A stretch of DNA of 63,552 nucleotides, filler included, from Diploschistes diacapsis (lineage: Eukaryota), in the NCBI GenBank assembly GCA_023645945.1. It is 14 parts of 14 records of this genome, joined end to end, with 100 filler letters (N's around TTAATTAATTAA, not from the genome) between each part and the next. Parts side by side here need not be neighbours in the genome. Positions count along the whole stretch, not along the records: positions 35,116 to 36,642 come from JALAIB010002939.1; positions 36,743 to 58,671 come from JALAIB010000294.1; 12 more parts are not named here. One strand, given 5' to 3'. Positions within the stretch are counted from its first letter, which is position 1, and every line of letters starts with the position of its first letter. The notes under the pieces are model-generated. The model was not told the DNA's origin. It saw only the letters and a list, made by a program, of their open reading frames with translations, and made no database searches. The translations under genes and the position numbers were made by a program. Below, one piece after another: positions 36,300 to 48,498 of this stretch.

Positions 36300-36642
36300 T
36301 TACGACCAATATAGAAGCGATATATCGTGATCTTAAACCTAAGATTTCATTAAAGACAGACAATTAACCCGATATTATACCCTCGGAAGAAAACGAGCAA
36401 TCAAAAACGTTTATTCAAGAAAAACCGTTATTACCGAATAAACCGCCTACGGATGTAAAGCCAGAATTATTTTCAATACATACGGCCCAGAATGTTTTAA
36501 TACCGACGACGAGTATAAGTATTCTTTTTTACTGACATCCTGCTCCTGAGTTAGGTATTACGGGAACTCCTTTCTTTATTAATAAAAATATATCAAAATT
36601 TATTATTTAATAAGAAGAATTTTATCGGAAGTACCTCATAAC
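36300..36642 (+). mobile_element. Probable gypsy gag N-terminal relic
   Basis: HPAPELGITGTPFFINKNISKFII**EEFYRKY resembles the fungal gypsy gag P..G..G.P.F.G.NV..FL..WE motif after RIP. Start approximate. Confidence 0.5.
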
Positions 36643-37663
36643 NNNNNNNNNNNNNNNNNNNNNNNNNNNNNNNNNNNNNNNNNNNNTTAATTAATTAANN
36701 NNNNNNNNNNNNNNNNNNNNNNNNNNNNNNNNNNNNNNNNNNGGGCAGCTGGGGGGGGGAGGGGGAGACTCGAAACCCACCAATTCGAGGAATGCCGCCC
36801 TTCATTATTGGATACCAAGCCATTGCTGAAGAGCTCAGTAGACTGGGCGTTATCATCATTATCATAAATTGTTTCATAAAAGGAAAAGGCTCGATTGTGA
36901 ACACGGCTGTCCTATCCCTATCCCTATCCCAACTTTTTATGTCTTTACATTTCCGTTTCCGTATAATAATAACTAACTCGTCCATACAATTTAGTTGCAA
37001 ACAGTGTCAATCTTTTTTCCCCTCGGTTTGGTCCTTTACACATAACAACGCTTTTTTTTTTTTTTTTTTTTGGAAACATCTATGATGGTGTTTATATAAC
37101 CAATAGAGGGCCTGTTATTTGACCTCGATGCCTTTTGAATAGGTGGTGGTGCTCTCTCTAGTCAGCAACCGCTGCCGCTGCACACCGACTCAGCTTACTG
37201 AGCCTGACTCTTTCCCCTAATGCGCTGTCAGTAACATATAATTTGCTCCTGTAGATATCGCGTGAGGAAACCTCACTTGGCGACTCAAGGTACTTAGCAT
37301 TGAATATCAAAAGCCCAAGTAGAGATCCAGTCCGGGGAAGCTGAGGTTTCTGCTATTTATCTGCCGTCGTCCGAGGTTGGGCTTCGCCAGCTCGATGATG
37401 ATCTTCGACGGTGGCTCAATACCGGATCTAAGCCATGTCCAGGCAGAGGATAGCACATGATGCATGTTTGAGGCTGCGCTTATCAGGAGTATTGTTCGGA
37501 TCTACTTGAGTGACCTCTTGCCAAATCGCAGCTTAAACTGCAGCGATACTTTAACATCGTACATAAACAACCACGACAATTATCTCGAAAATGCATCTAT
37601 AACCGTGGCCGTGTTGCCATCAAACCCTGCATGCTCCTATCGCCTACCTACGGCTCTGTAGAA

Positions 37664-39177
37664 TCAAGTCTGGCGCAATGGATCATATCCCACCACCGGC
37701 TTCCAGAAGAAGCCGCTCTCCTCTTGCTGCTGCCCATCTCTGGAATTGCTGGAATGGTAATAAGTAAGAGGGACATCGTCGGCTGTTCCATGCGGACCAT
37801 TTCTCGTAGAATCAGCGGCGCGCATGACATTTCCTTGCTGCCGTCCTTTCCACCTGTTGTTCAGGACATTTCCTATAATGAAGAGAGCGATGACGGCCAC
37901 GGCGACGAGGCACGCTCCGACGGTTCCGCCGGTCGATTCAGCAAGGTTAAAGCCTCTGCTTTAAATTAGCAGTGTTTCGGAAGTGGCTGCTTTGTCATTA
38001 CAGTATGGTATTCAGCATTCCCAAGAGCACCACGAAACGACCGGTCCACATATGGATGTACGATACCACCGTTCTATGGCCCGTCTTTTTGTAATTCCGG
38101 TGATGCAGATAGCCATAAAGGATCTGGCACGGGAGGACTGTAACAGCGAGAATGCCGATGATCTGATGATAGGTACTGATCGCCGCATAATCGATGCCAA
38201 TGACACTGAATGTAATGGCGAGAATGAGTCCGAGGACACACAGCACTGTCGTGATGCTCTGGAGAATCCAGTGGAATTTGAATGAGCCTCCGCGCCATCT
38301 GAGGCCAAGCATCCCTATGGGAAATAGGAACATGAACGAGCCTCCTAGCAGAATGGCATGAATGATAACGAGGGTAGCCACAGAGCCTGGTTGCTCCTGT
38401 GTATGCATATTTGTGGTCCCGTTGATGGTAGGGACGTCGGTGGATGTTGACGGAGCAGCAGTCATGTCCATGAAGAATAGACCTGCTCGTTAGAAAGGTT
38501 TGCTGGTCGCTTGATTACTTGCTTACCATAGTCTGCATGCTGATCAATGACTTCCGCCCCAGGAGCGTCACGTCTTGTACCAGATGCATCCGACACTCCA
38601 GGTCCAATCGCCCAAATCCAAGGCTGCTTCGTCGATGTTGTGTCGAGCGAGCTGCCGGACCAGGATGAGCAGCACTGGCAGACGACATTGGCGTACATGT
38701 TCGCGCCCTGGATTTCAGAATGTTGGACAGTATAGTTGACGCCGGACAGAGTGGTAGGCATGTCGTGGCCGCTATGTGATTAGCAACGGACTTGCATGCC
38801 ATGAGGTACTTACCTTGCTGATCTGACGCTAACCGTAGCACCTTGTCATGTCAGCTTTGCCCGAGGGGAAAGGAGCAGGATTCACTCACCAGTGCTTGCA
38901 CTTGGAACGAGGATGAACATCATCGCGCCAGCCATCTGGTCTCCAATGCCCACGGCGCCCCATCCTGCGCTGGTAGGCGCCGAGATTTGGAAGAACAGAT
39001 CCGTGCAACTAGAGTTGGAGCCGGTAGACAAAGCTAACGCAAGGTTCGATGACTGCTCGTAGAATTGAACGGAGGCCAGAGCCTCCTCGAACACTGGAAG
39101 GGTCAGAAAAGAACAACTTTACGGTCTCAGCACTTACTTAAGCATATTATACAGAAGAAAAGGGTTTGGATTGCCAT
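37664..39177 (-). CDS. Membrane protein with N-terminal CDH-type cytochrome (DOMON-like) domain and cytochrome b561 domain, ~6 exons
   Basis: Signal peptide from ATG 39177 (first intron 39094-39137). GWGAVGIGDQMAGAMMFI (Met ligand), WIWAIGP, IDQHADYG (His ligand). Four b561 histidines: IIHAIL, KFHWILQ, TYHQIIG, YIHMWTGR. Fifth TM helix and tail to TGA at 37664. Confidence 0.9.
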
Positions 39178-39571
39178 GTCGATATAATATTTCAAGCATG
39201 CACGTGAAAGAATTCTAACGGGTGTCATCAACCCCTTAATAGATTCATTCGGCTGAAGCCTCAGCTTTGCATAGAGCCAATCAGCAGTGGGCCAATTGTC
39301 AGCGTTTCGGCCTGCGACTGAACGACGACGCAAGCCCATCAACTCAGCCCATCAACTCAGCCACGCCAATTACTCGACACAACACGCAATGCCATCTATT
39401 TCTGTCATTGAAACCATTATACGAAAAGTCGCTTTTTATCACCATTTCGTACATTCAACGAGCAGAAATTTTCCTGTTGCTGGAAACGGTGTCGCGTCCC
39501 CTGTTGCTTCCTTGCTTGGCTAGTGTAGTGTTCTCAACCGTGGACACCGAGCCGCGTATGAGAACTCAAAC

Positions 39572-41164
39572 ATGGACGATCAACCTCCAAAGCCTGTCAA
39601 ATACCTTACGCGGGTTCTTGAAGAGCTCGGCCTGGTCTCCATCTACAGATCTCCGCTCGATACCAAACTTCTCTGCATTCAACGCTTCGTTCGTCTCTTC
39701 GCGTATGGAGGCTCAACCCTCATTCTCGTTGCTTACCTGTCCGCACTCGGTCACAGTGAGAGCCGTATCGGCCTGTTCATGACGTTGACTCTCGTCGGTG
39801 ATACCATCATCAGCTTCTTCTTGACCATCATTGCAGATGGACTGGGCCGAAAGGCAATCCTGGCTCTGGGAGCTCTGTTAATGGCAGCTAGTGGAATCGT
39901 TTTTGCCTTGAGCGGTAACTACTGGGTTCTCTTGGCCGCGGCGATATTCGGAGTCATCAGCCCAAGGTAAAATAGTGAAGCAGTGCCATTCGAGATCAGC
40001 GGCTGACAACCCCTTCTCAGTGGTAACGAAATTGGGCCCTTTCGGGCGGTCGAGGAATCAACTCTTGCACACCTTACCCCTGCGGCTGCTCGCAGCGACA
40101 TATTTGCCTGGTATTCGCTCATCGGCACTGCGGGCGCTGCCTTTGGTATGATGACCTGCGGATGGGTAGTCCACACTCTGCAATCATCCCTGGGATGGTC
40201 CAACGTTCGCGCCTACCGAATGACCTTCTTCGCGTATGCAGCGATCGGCCTCATCAAGTTTGCCTTGGCCTGTACTCTCAGCCGCAAATGCGAGGCCGAA
40301 AAAGAGCCCACGCCCGCCAGGGACACAGAGACCACGCCTCTGTTGGGAGGCAATGGTCCAAAGGCTAAGAAATCAAAGCCTAGCAAATCCTTGCTACCAT
40401 CCATCAGCAAGGAGAGCAGGACTATTGTTGCCAATCTGTGTATCTTGTTCGCATTGGACGCATTCGCATCAGGTCTTGCGCCACTGTATGTTTTACTCAT
40501 GCCTCACAAAGTCAGCATCGATCGCTAACACCGAGTTCAGGTCCTGGGTGACGTACTTTTTCAAGAGCAAATTCAACCTCCAGGAAGGAAAGCTAGGATC
40601 CCTTTTCTTCACAACGAGTATAATATCCTCCATCTCGATGCTTGTCGCCTCGTCCATTGCCAGGCGCTTCGGAAACGTCAAAGTAAGCTCTCACCAGGCC
40701 ATCTCATTCTTGCATATCGTATCCCCTGCTAACTTTTGCAGACGATGGTGTTCACACATCTGCCTTCAGCGATCGCTCTGGCCCTCATTCCTATTCCATC
40801 ATCTCTGCCTTTCGCGATGCTGTTCCTTATTCTCCGTTCTTGCACCCAATCTATGGACGTGGCGCCTCGTTCCGCCTTCCTCGCCGCGGTCGTCTTACCC
40901 AACGAGCGCACGGCCGTCATGGGCACTATTAACGTTGTCAAGACGTTCAGCCAGAGCCTCGGTCCGCTCATCACCGGGGTTCTGGCGAGCAACAAGCTGT
41001 TCTGGGTCGCGTTCGTCATGGCGGGTTCTCTGAAAGCCACGTACGACGTCGGCATGCTGGCCGTCTTCGCTGGACATAAGACACAGGAGGAGCGAGCGGC
41101 TGATGCGCAGGTGGCGGAGCAGCAGGAGAGACTGCGGGAGAGCGAAGATCCGGATGAAGGCTGA
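39572..41164 (+). CDS. MFS transporter, 4 exons
   Basis: Exons 39572-39966, 40021-40485, 40541-40682, 40742-41164. Motif A (IADGLGRK); ISPSGNEIGPFRAVEES, LDAFASGL, MVFTHLPS, SMDVAPRSAF, LKATYD. Confidence 0.93.
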
Positions 41165-42000
41165 GTCCTTGTGCGTCAACTCGAGTCAGTCGGGCTGCAG
41201 GCTGAACTGCCTCGTTACCAGATCGGAGAACAGGCGGGGGCAAGGAGCTAGTGTCGGGTTGAATAAAGTCGGAAATCAAACTACCGTGATCCTCGATGGG
41301 TGCGTGGCGTCGATTGTGCTTGTGCGAAGGCTCAGAGTTTGGATTGGACAGCGATTGGTCCCTTGAGGTCGCATGGTGGAGGATAGGAGACGGAAACCCA
41401 GACAGTCAGGTCCTGAGATGGCGATCTACACCCGCTGAATGACATGAGACAGATCTATGCAAGGCTTTTGAATTCGAATAGGCACGACCGCTAGAGGTGG
41501 TGTATGCTAACGGCCCTGGGCGGAGATATGATTTCCCCTGCCAAATTCTGCATTCAGTCGATCTCGCAACACAATGAGCATTTCGACAGTCGACATCTTC
41601 GTTTTTTCAACGCCAACGGTCTAATCTCTTGCCCTCATCCGGAGTGCAAAGGAAGTTCTCCACAGTGTCATGCAGCATCTGTCCACAACTGTGTTCTTTT
41701 TACCAGGTCATCACTCGATTGGCGGTATTTTGATACGCTTTGGCTGTTTGCAAAAGCTAGAGGGTGGAACGGAGCTCCAATGAGGTTACTCAAAGCACGC
41801 TGGGCTTGCTCTCCTGAGCGGCTTGCAATAGTAGAGTAAACGGACGCGAAGACTTATTTACTCCAAGCATTTGCTCCTGAGGTATACGGCGCTTAGAAGA
41901 GTTGGGAAGCTAAGCTATTTTCCCTGCTCATCTAGTCCCAGCATATTCATCCTTAGCCCTTGTTGAAAAGGCACCTCATCATCTCCTACCCTCGCTCTGA

Positions 42001-42310
42001 CTACAACCATGTCCTGAATATCTTATGTGCACCATCTTCACAATATGTGCCTCCATACAGTATATTACCAGCTCTGCAGCCAAGAATTCTATAAAGCTGT
42101 TTGCAGACCTGACGAGTGCCAGCGCTTTCCGGAAAGGCCGGATACAGGGGATTGCAAGTCCGACCAGCATAATAGTCACCGTCGTAACAGCAAGTGCAGG
42201 CGCCGAGCGGCGCTGGAAGATCGGTATCTTTGCCGTGCGGAGGATATGGACGATCAGTATCTGAGTAAGCAGGCCTTCGGGTCAAGGGTCGTGCGGACAT
42301 CATAGTAGAA
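42001..42310 (-). pseudogene. mgtA: C-terminal relic of an MgtA-type Mg2+-transporting P-type ATPase
   Basis: EGLLTQILIVHILRTAKIPIFQRRSAPALAVTTVTIMLVGLAIP...AELVIYCMEAHIVKMVHI / frameshift / KIFRTWL* matches the MgtA last-TM signature (EGLLTQTLIVHxIRTxKIPF). No DKTGT or GDGxND region seen nearby. Confidence 0.8.
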
Positions 42311-44821
42311 CCGGCCTGGGATCCACAGATTCTGTATGAGCGTATCCTCGAAGCGTTTTAATACACTTTAGCAGACATAAGAGAGACTGAATGTCGGTAA
42401 TGCTGTTGATTGGGCAGCACCTTCAATGTGCAGAAAAGATGTTGATGAGATGCCCCCCCCCCTTGGAGATTTTTCTCTCTTCTCATGATCTTTCGTCGAT
42501 CCATAACTTCGAAGATTGTCTTCTTCTTGCCCGTATAGAACTTGAGGAACGGCCCAGTTCAGCTCGCGCTTCTCTCGTGTCCCTTAAGCCCACGCATGCT
42601 CGCAATAATATTAGCTGCCATTTCACAAAAGGTCGCATTATCCGTGATCTGATCTGTTTTACCTGCTCCGCCGGACTTAGGGCACCAGGGGTCGTTGCTG
42701 ATGGATGAAATCACAGAAGCCGCGTCATTGTATTGGAGGAGGGGAAAATGCGATATATTTGGAGACGGAGATGCTGAGGCCAGTTCCGAGGCAGCCGGCG
42801 AGGCTTAATTTACAGCATCATCAGGCATAGCCGATTGGATAGGCGCATGAAATATGTGAAATGGCTTTGATGATGATGGTCTGAGGAGGGTTCCCGTTTC
42901 GAATCGCTCGTGAAGACCTTCTACCCTCAAGGGGTGAGGAGCATATGGGGAATTGATATGGCGGCAATAGATGGAGATGGTATGTTGGATGAGCCTGGCA
43001 CTATCTTTTCTTGCATTTGCGGTTTAAAAAGTTCTCAATTGGGGAAATTTTTGATGCCATGCTGTCTCAGCAATGATCGTAGCAGGGTACTCTCTTTCCT
43101 ACTTTCCGTGCCGTAGCTTGTAGTTCTACATTGCTTCGGACACCAAGACGTTCGAATTTCCGTCTAGACTTGTTGAGATCATAAATGTATTTTTATCGTC
43201 GGATACGGGATCGAAGTCCGTTGTCGTAGTCGTAGACACGAACAGAGGCTGTAGGCTGACCTGGGGTTAATTCTTCCGTGAAGAAACACCTTCGTCATGT
43301 GATTTACCTTGTTCTTTATTGCGTGGGATGAAACGCTGCTTTACCATTAGAAAAAGTAGGGCACGTAGAAAAGCGGAGGGGTGCATTGAGTGAACAAGAA
43401 GAAAAAAATGATTAGAGTTAAGTATGCGAGAAGGGGAAATACTCTGATTCATAAGGTTTGACCAGTCATGCCCCCTAGCATGTAGGTAGCGACATTCGGC
43501 TTAAAGCAAGTCTACCTAAAAATGGCAATCCTAATGAGCTACTTAAAAGGCTTTACCTGTGAACACCGCTGCTTAATCAGACTCGAAGTCTCTTTATCGT
43601 GAAGCACGAGAGGGAAAGGGAAGCTCTGGCTAAAAGGAGTTTTTGATCTGATTTGTTCGTGTATGAAGCCGTGCTAGCTTAGATCACGTAATTGAAACAC
43701 TCCTCGATAGAAGTAGATAACGGGGGCCAACGTCGATTCTATACACTCGTCAATGAGTACGAAAAGCATACTTATAGGCTCAGTGTTGGTAACGGTGTTG
43801 AATGTGGGTCTAATCTCATTGTTTACTGAGAAGAAAGCCTATAATGCCTGCGTCGATTGAGTGGTCTTTGAGTACCCACAATCAAATGTGGTACTTGACC
43901 ACATATGTTTCTGCAAAGACAGTGTAGGTTAGGAGCCCCTGAAGTCCCTAGAATTTCAGAGACAGCTAGGGAAGCCTTGCGCAATTCTGATCGAATAATA
44001 AATCCTCCAAGAGGTATGGAATAGTAATGTGTTGTTCCATATGGTTTAATACCGTGATCCTAATGGAAAACAAAGATGATGGTATAGAGTCACACTAAAT
44101 AAAATTGCAAAACTCGAAACTCCAAACTGTTTTCGTCAAGAGAGTAAATGAATATAAAAATCTCTTCTCATACTCTCTTCTCATACTCTCATCAACTATG
44201 ATTTCCAGCCTCAAGAACAACAATATGCCAACGTTTTAAAGTCGTAATTGTTAATAGACACATATCTCCATAACAGAACATAACATGTACGAGCACCCGT
44301 ACACAATCTGACGCCCTAACTACGTTCGCTCATCATTGTAATCAACCTCCTTCTTCTTCTCCTGGTTTTGCTGCAAGAATTGCCTCTGAGCCCGCCAAGA
44401 AGAGCTCCAGCAGCAATACCTACGCCGGCACGATCAGAAGGTCCCCAAAACAGAACTCCGGCGCTCATGCCAAATAACACGTCTTTGTACGTTATGGAAT
44501 TTGGCTTGGCCCGTTCGTAACTGCTCTTTACATCTGTGACGCCGTTCATATCGATAGCACCGTCCATCGAAATCGGAATCTAAGCGGGAATCAGGATCGC
44601 GTTTATTTGTATAATATAATAATGATGTTAAGCGTTATCGATATCGGTTCCAGCCAGCATCCTGCAGCTAACTTCGGAAGAAACCAGCGGTACGCAAGTA
44701 TTGATCCCTTCAAATATTGTCGCAGCGTCCTTGTACTATTTATACTGGATACTGGTTGATTTGTCAGCTGACGCTGAATTACCCCCGTCTAATGTTCTGT
44801 TGCTACCCCCGCATACTTTAT

Positions 44822-45061
44822 TACCCCGTATCTTTGTCGAACCTGTTAATTTAAGCTGATAACATTGTCGTTGTCGATGCTGGAGTGCCGGTTTTTGCGT
44901 CCGTGGAAAGTAGCTGGCCGCTTAGGATTAGGCCTGCATACCCTACTACCCCGTATCTTTGTCGAACCTGCTAAACCTAAGTCGATAATGTAATATTGTC
45001 GATACTGGGGTGCCCGAACCCGTTTTGCGTCGACAGTAGCTAGCCGTTTTAGGATTAGGCC
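44822..45061 (+). repeat. Diverged tandem duplication, ~125-bp period
   Basis: TACCCCGTATCTTTGTCGAACCTG at 44822 and 44947; both copies end TAGGATTAGGCC (44934, 45061). Confidence 0.85.
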
Positions 45062-45564
45062 GGTCCACCAAGCCTGGAATAGGTAAATGGTATCTCAAGC
45101 CTTCCAATCCTTTTGTAGCCTTGTGCTCCCAGTTTCCTTTCAATACTGAGGCTCTTGCTAACTTTGAGCTGTCTTAGAATATGGACGCTATGCTATGATT
45201 GGGGCTGTTTCGTTAGCTCCATGCTTGCTCCGCCAAATGCTACGTTGTTGAAACCAACGTCTGTTGGTCCAAAAGATCGCTTGTGTTTGCCTCTGCGCCT
45301 TCGATTCCTCCTCGCCTTGTCGTTGAGCTCATACCTTAGCTGATGGGCTTGTCTCACATGGCCATGTTACCCAAGTATGCGCAAGCTACATTGAAGTAAG
45401 TGGGTGGGAAACAATACTGCAGGGGACCTCGTTGCGATGTCTCATTCAGAGTCCTCGAGCATTCAAAAGACTCTTCAGCTCCCTTTCTTTTGGTACTGCA
45501 TACGGTTCCCCTAGGCTCTGACCCTGATATTGGCGTACATTTTGTCCTGATCGTTGTCGCGACC

Positions 45565-47551
45565 ATGATGATTTTTCCTTCCCCAACAGCATTGATCTTC
45601 CTTTGCTTTATACTTGTGTGCTTAGTCCACTGCTACGACTTCAATGGAGCCTTAGAGCTTGCACATGACTTGCGTCTGCGAACACTGAAAGCTGCAGCTC
45701 ATGAAGCTGATATAGCTAAGCGAGGGTCTGACATACCTTTCCAAAGAGATGTGTTGCTTCACTACATTGACGTATGTCGTTAAGCACACCTGCGCATTAT
45801 ATAATCATTGATCGAGACGCTAGGAGCCTTCACAGCCAGGAGAAGACCCTCTAGGAGCTCACGTCTCGTTGTCTTCTTCGAGGCCAACTCTAGTACTAGA
45901 GGAAATAGATCACCTTCTGCACGAAGTTCACTGCGAGGACGATGTCCTGTCCCTCCGAGTACGGTCTTCTGCCTTCCCTGCTGTACGAGATGCTCTTGAA
46001 TCATATCCCAATGTCTTGGTGATCACTTCCCATCAAACCTGCAATGATAATGGAAGTCGATTACCATATCTGTGCGTACAAAACAACTGTTCCGTCTGAA
46101 ACGAGCATCGCTGACCTTCTGATAGAGCATCCCTTGCTGATTCACAGTACCCTTCTCGTATGATAGAGCTAAATATCAAGCCCATCAATTGGCGCAATGC
46201 ATACGAGATGAAAGTAGATTACGGTGTTGACCATGAGAGCTACAAGGTTAATCAGCATAATCATCTTCGGCGCAGCTCAATCCATTACCATCGAGACAAC
46301 TCCGATGCAGCTGTCACAACACCTGCGGTTTCTACTCCGGCAGTATCAACAGCAACGACCGTTGCCCCGTCTAGCCAGGTCGTCTTTCCTTCACCAACCT
46401 CCACACCCCAGCCAAACCAGACTGTAGTTGAGGAGACCATTGCAAAGTCCTTCATCAATGCACAGATACTTCCCATCTCGGGTAGCGGCGGTCTCAATGG
46501 GTTTAAGGTTGATGGTAATTCGTTTCCGTCAGACCTGGCCCTCAATTGCCAAAACTGCACATTCACGGGCAACATCCAATTGACGTCTGGCTCGTTCAGC
46601 ACATCCAACACGTCCAACAGCGCATCGCATGATAGTGTTGGAGCGGCCAAGGAAGAGCTAAGTTTCATCGAGAATGGCTACATTCAAGTGACAGCAGACA
46701 ATCTCCTCGCCCACGTAGATCTAAGCACAACTTGGCCCCTGGGATTTAGCGAACCCCTCAACGTCACTCTACTTGATATCCCTCTAACCCCGTTCGTCAT
46801 TCCTGGTCTTGCAACTGTGGGACCAGAGTTCAAGATCCAGCTGCTTCTCGCTGCTAAGCTTAGCGCCACTGCCAATCTAACCTACGGCTTCGAGGTCACC
46901 GTGCCTGACAATTCGACGGCAATCGCCAATATTGGACAAGTGAACGCCTCTTCGATTACCGGGTTTGGGGACACGAAGTTCACAGCGCTTCCATTCAACG
47001 CTAATCTTAACAACATCGCACTCAATCTTTCTGCCACTTTACAGCTGGAAGTGCTCGTCGGTATTTCTTTTCTGGACGGGCATGACACTGCCGGCGCCGG
47101 CGTATTTGTGGATCTACCTACGCTCGCACTTTCCGTTGAGCCGGTCAAGGGCACTGATCAAAAGTGTAACCCGACAACAAATCAAACTATTATTCAGGAA
47201 CTTGGTGCCGAATACGATGCTTTGTTCAACATCATACCGAACGTGGAGATCAACGCAGGCATCATCGTGCAGGCAAAAGCCACTATTCCAGGTGTCAGCT
47301 TCGCCGAGCAGACAGCTTTCACGCCTCTAGCGACGACTTTTCCGGGTCCCACGGCCTGTCTCGCTTTTCCGAAGAGTTCTGGCGGCTTGGTCAGTCCAAC
47401 GTTACCTCCTGCGAACAACGCCCAAGCGACTGGAGGTGGTTCTAGCAGCAGTGGGAACCATGCACACAGCCAGATGGTTGTTAATGCTGCAGTCATGAAC
47501 GCCGTTATTGTGGGTTGCTTGTTATTTACTGGTCCGCTCTTAATGTTCTAG
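45565..47551 (+). CDS. Secreted, probably GPI-anchored protein of unknown function, 3 exons
   Basis: Exons 45565-45771, 45824-46071, 46126-47551 splice in frame. Signal peptide, LVITSHQTCN, Thr/Ser linker, CQNC and beta-rich domain, Gly/Ser spacer and hydrophobic C-terminus. Confidence 0.85.
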
Positions 47552-48087
47552 TTGCGTGTTGGAATATAGTAGGATACCCAGGACAATAGCGTTAAAAGTC
47601 GGTATTTGGAAACTATCTCAGTGGATTGGGATTATGAGTTCACTTCCCACGTTTGTCATTATGGGAATGATATAGCTCGATGCATTATGATCTAATACTC
47701 CCAGTGGTCTTCAAGCAAAGGAAAGTACGGTGGCTTGGGCATAGATAGACGGAAGCGCAAGTAAGAGCTATAACCTGACCTGTCGTGAATACCTATTTGG
47801 GTAATGTTAAGGGCTACAAGGCCGGATTCTCATTCCACTTCTAAAGCGTCACAGGACTTTTACCTCACTTGCCATAACCGTATGGGGCTATACAATGCAA
47901 TCTCATGGCACTATTGTTATGCTTCGATCAAAGCCTTTTACCCATGCATGTCTGTAAATCGTAGAATGTCGTTCCCCAACACTGGCAGCTCTATAGAAAT
48001 GGCGGAAATACTCCGGAGGAGAGGCGGAATCCCTAAGAACCTGTGCGAACGGGGTGAAGCCTGCGGCCGTGGCGCTTATTTGGCAGC

Positions 48088-48315
48088 AGTTATTTGGACC
48101 GTTAATATTTTAATTTCAATATATTTCGCTCCCTTGTCGCGGACCCTTTATATCCACGGTTTTTACGGGCGAAAAAATCAATGATCTTTGTTATTTATGC
48201 ATTGTAACTACGCATTCAAATTTGATATAGAAGTTTTGAAAAAACATTTTAATATTCGCTTTTACTTTTTTCCAGTAATATTTGACTCAGCGCCAATTTA
48301 ACGGTCAGAATAACC
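48088..48315. mobile_element. Possible degenerate MITE upstream of DOP1
   Basis: AT-rich ~230-bp block bounded by imperfect inverted repeats GTTATTTGGACCGTTAA / TTAACGGTCAGAATAAC. Confidence 0.4.
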
Positions 48316-48498
48316 GGGGCCGGTTATTTGATCCAACCCGGAGATAAGTGGATTTATCTGCCTATCATCCACCATACAGCAGTACACGAAAGTTGGATTG
48401 CTGCGCCTTGAAGTTTCTTTGCGGAAGAATATATCGATGTTTGAGAAGAGTATGCAAATTCAGTCAATGAAACGCTCAGGCCCCGCTACCTGAAGGCC

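Noticed and set aside
22073..36642. AT-rich block as organellar, bacterial or viral DNA, or as a Starship
   Set aside because: Composition and relic motifs fit RIP-mutated fungal transposons on separate contigs; no tyrosine-recombinase captain, rRNA or tRNA was recognised.
44316..44567. 83-aa ORF with glycine-zipper-like GVGIAAGALLGG
   Set aside because: Short, with no supporting family motif or splice model; cannot be supported without a homology search.
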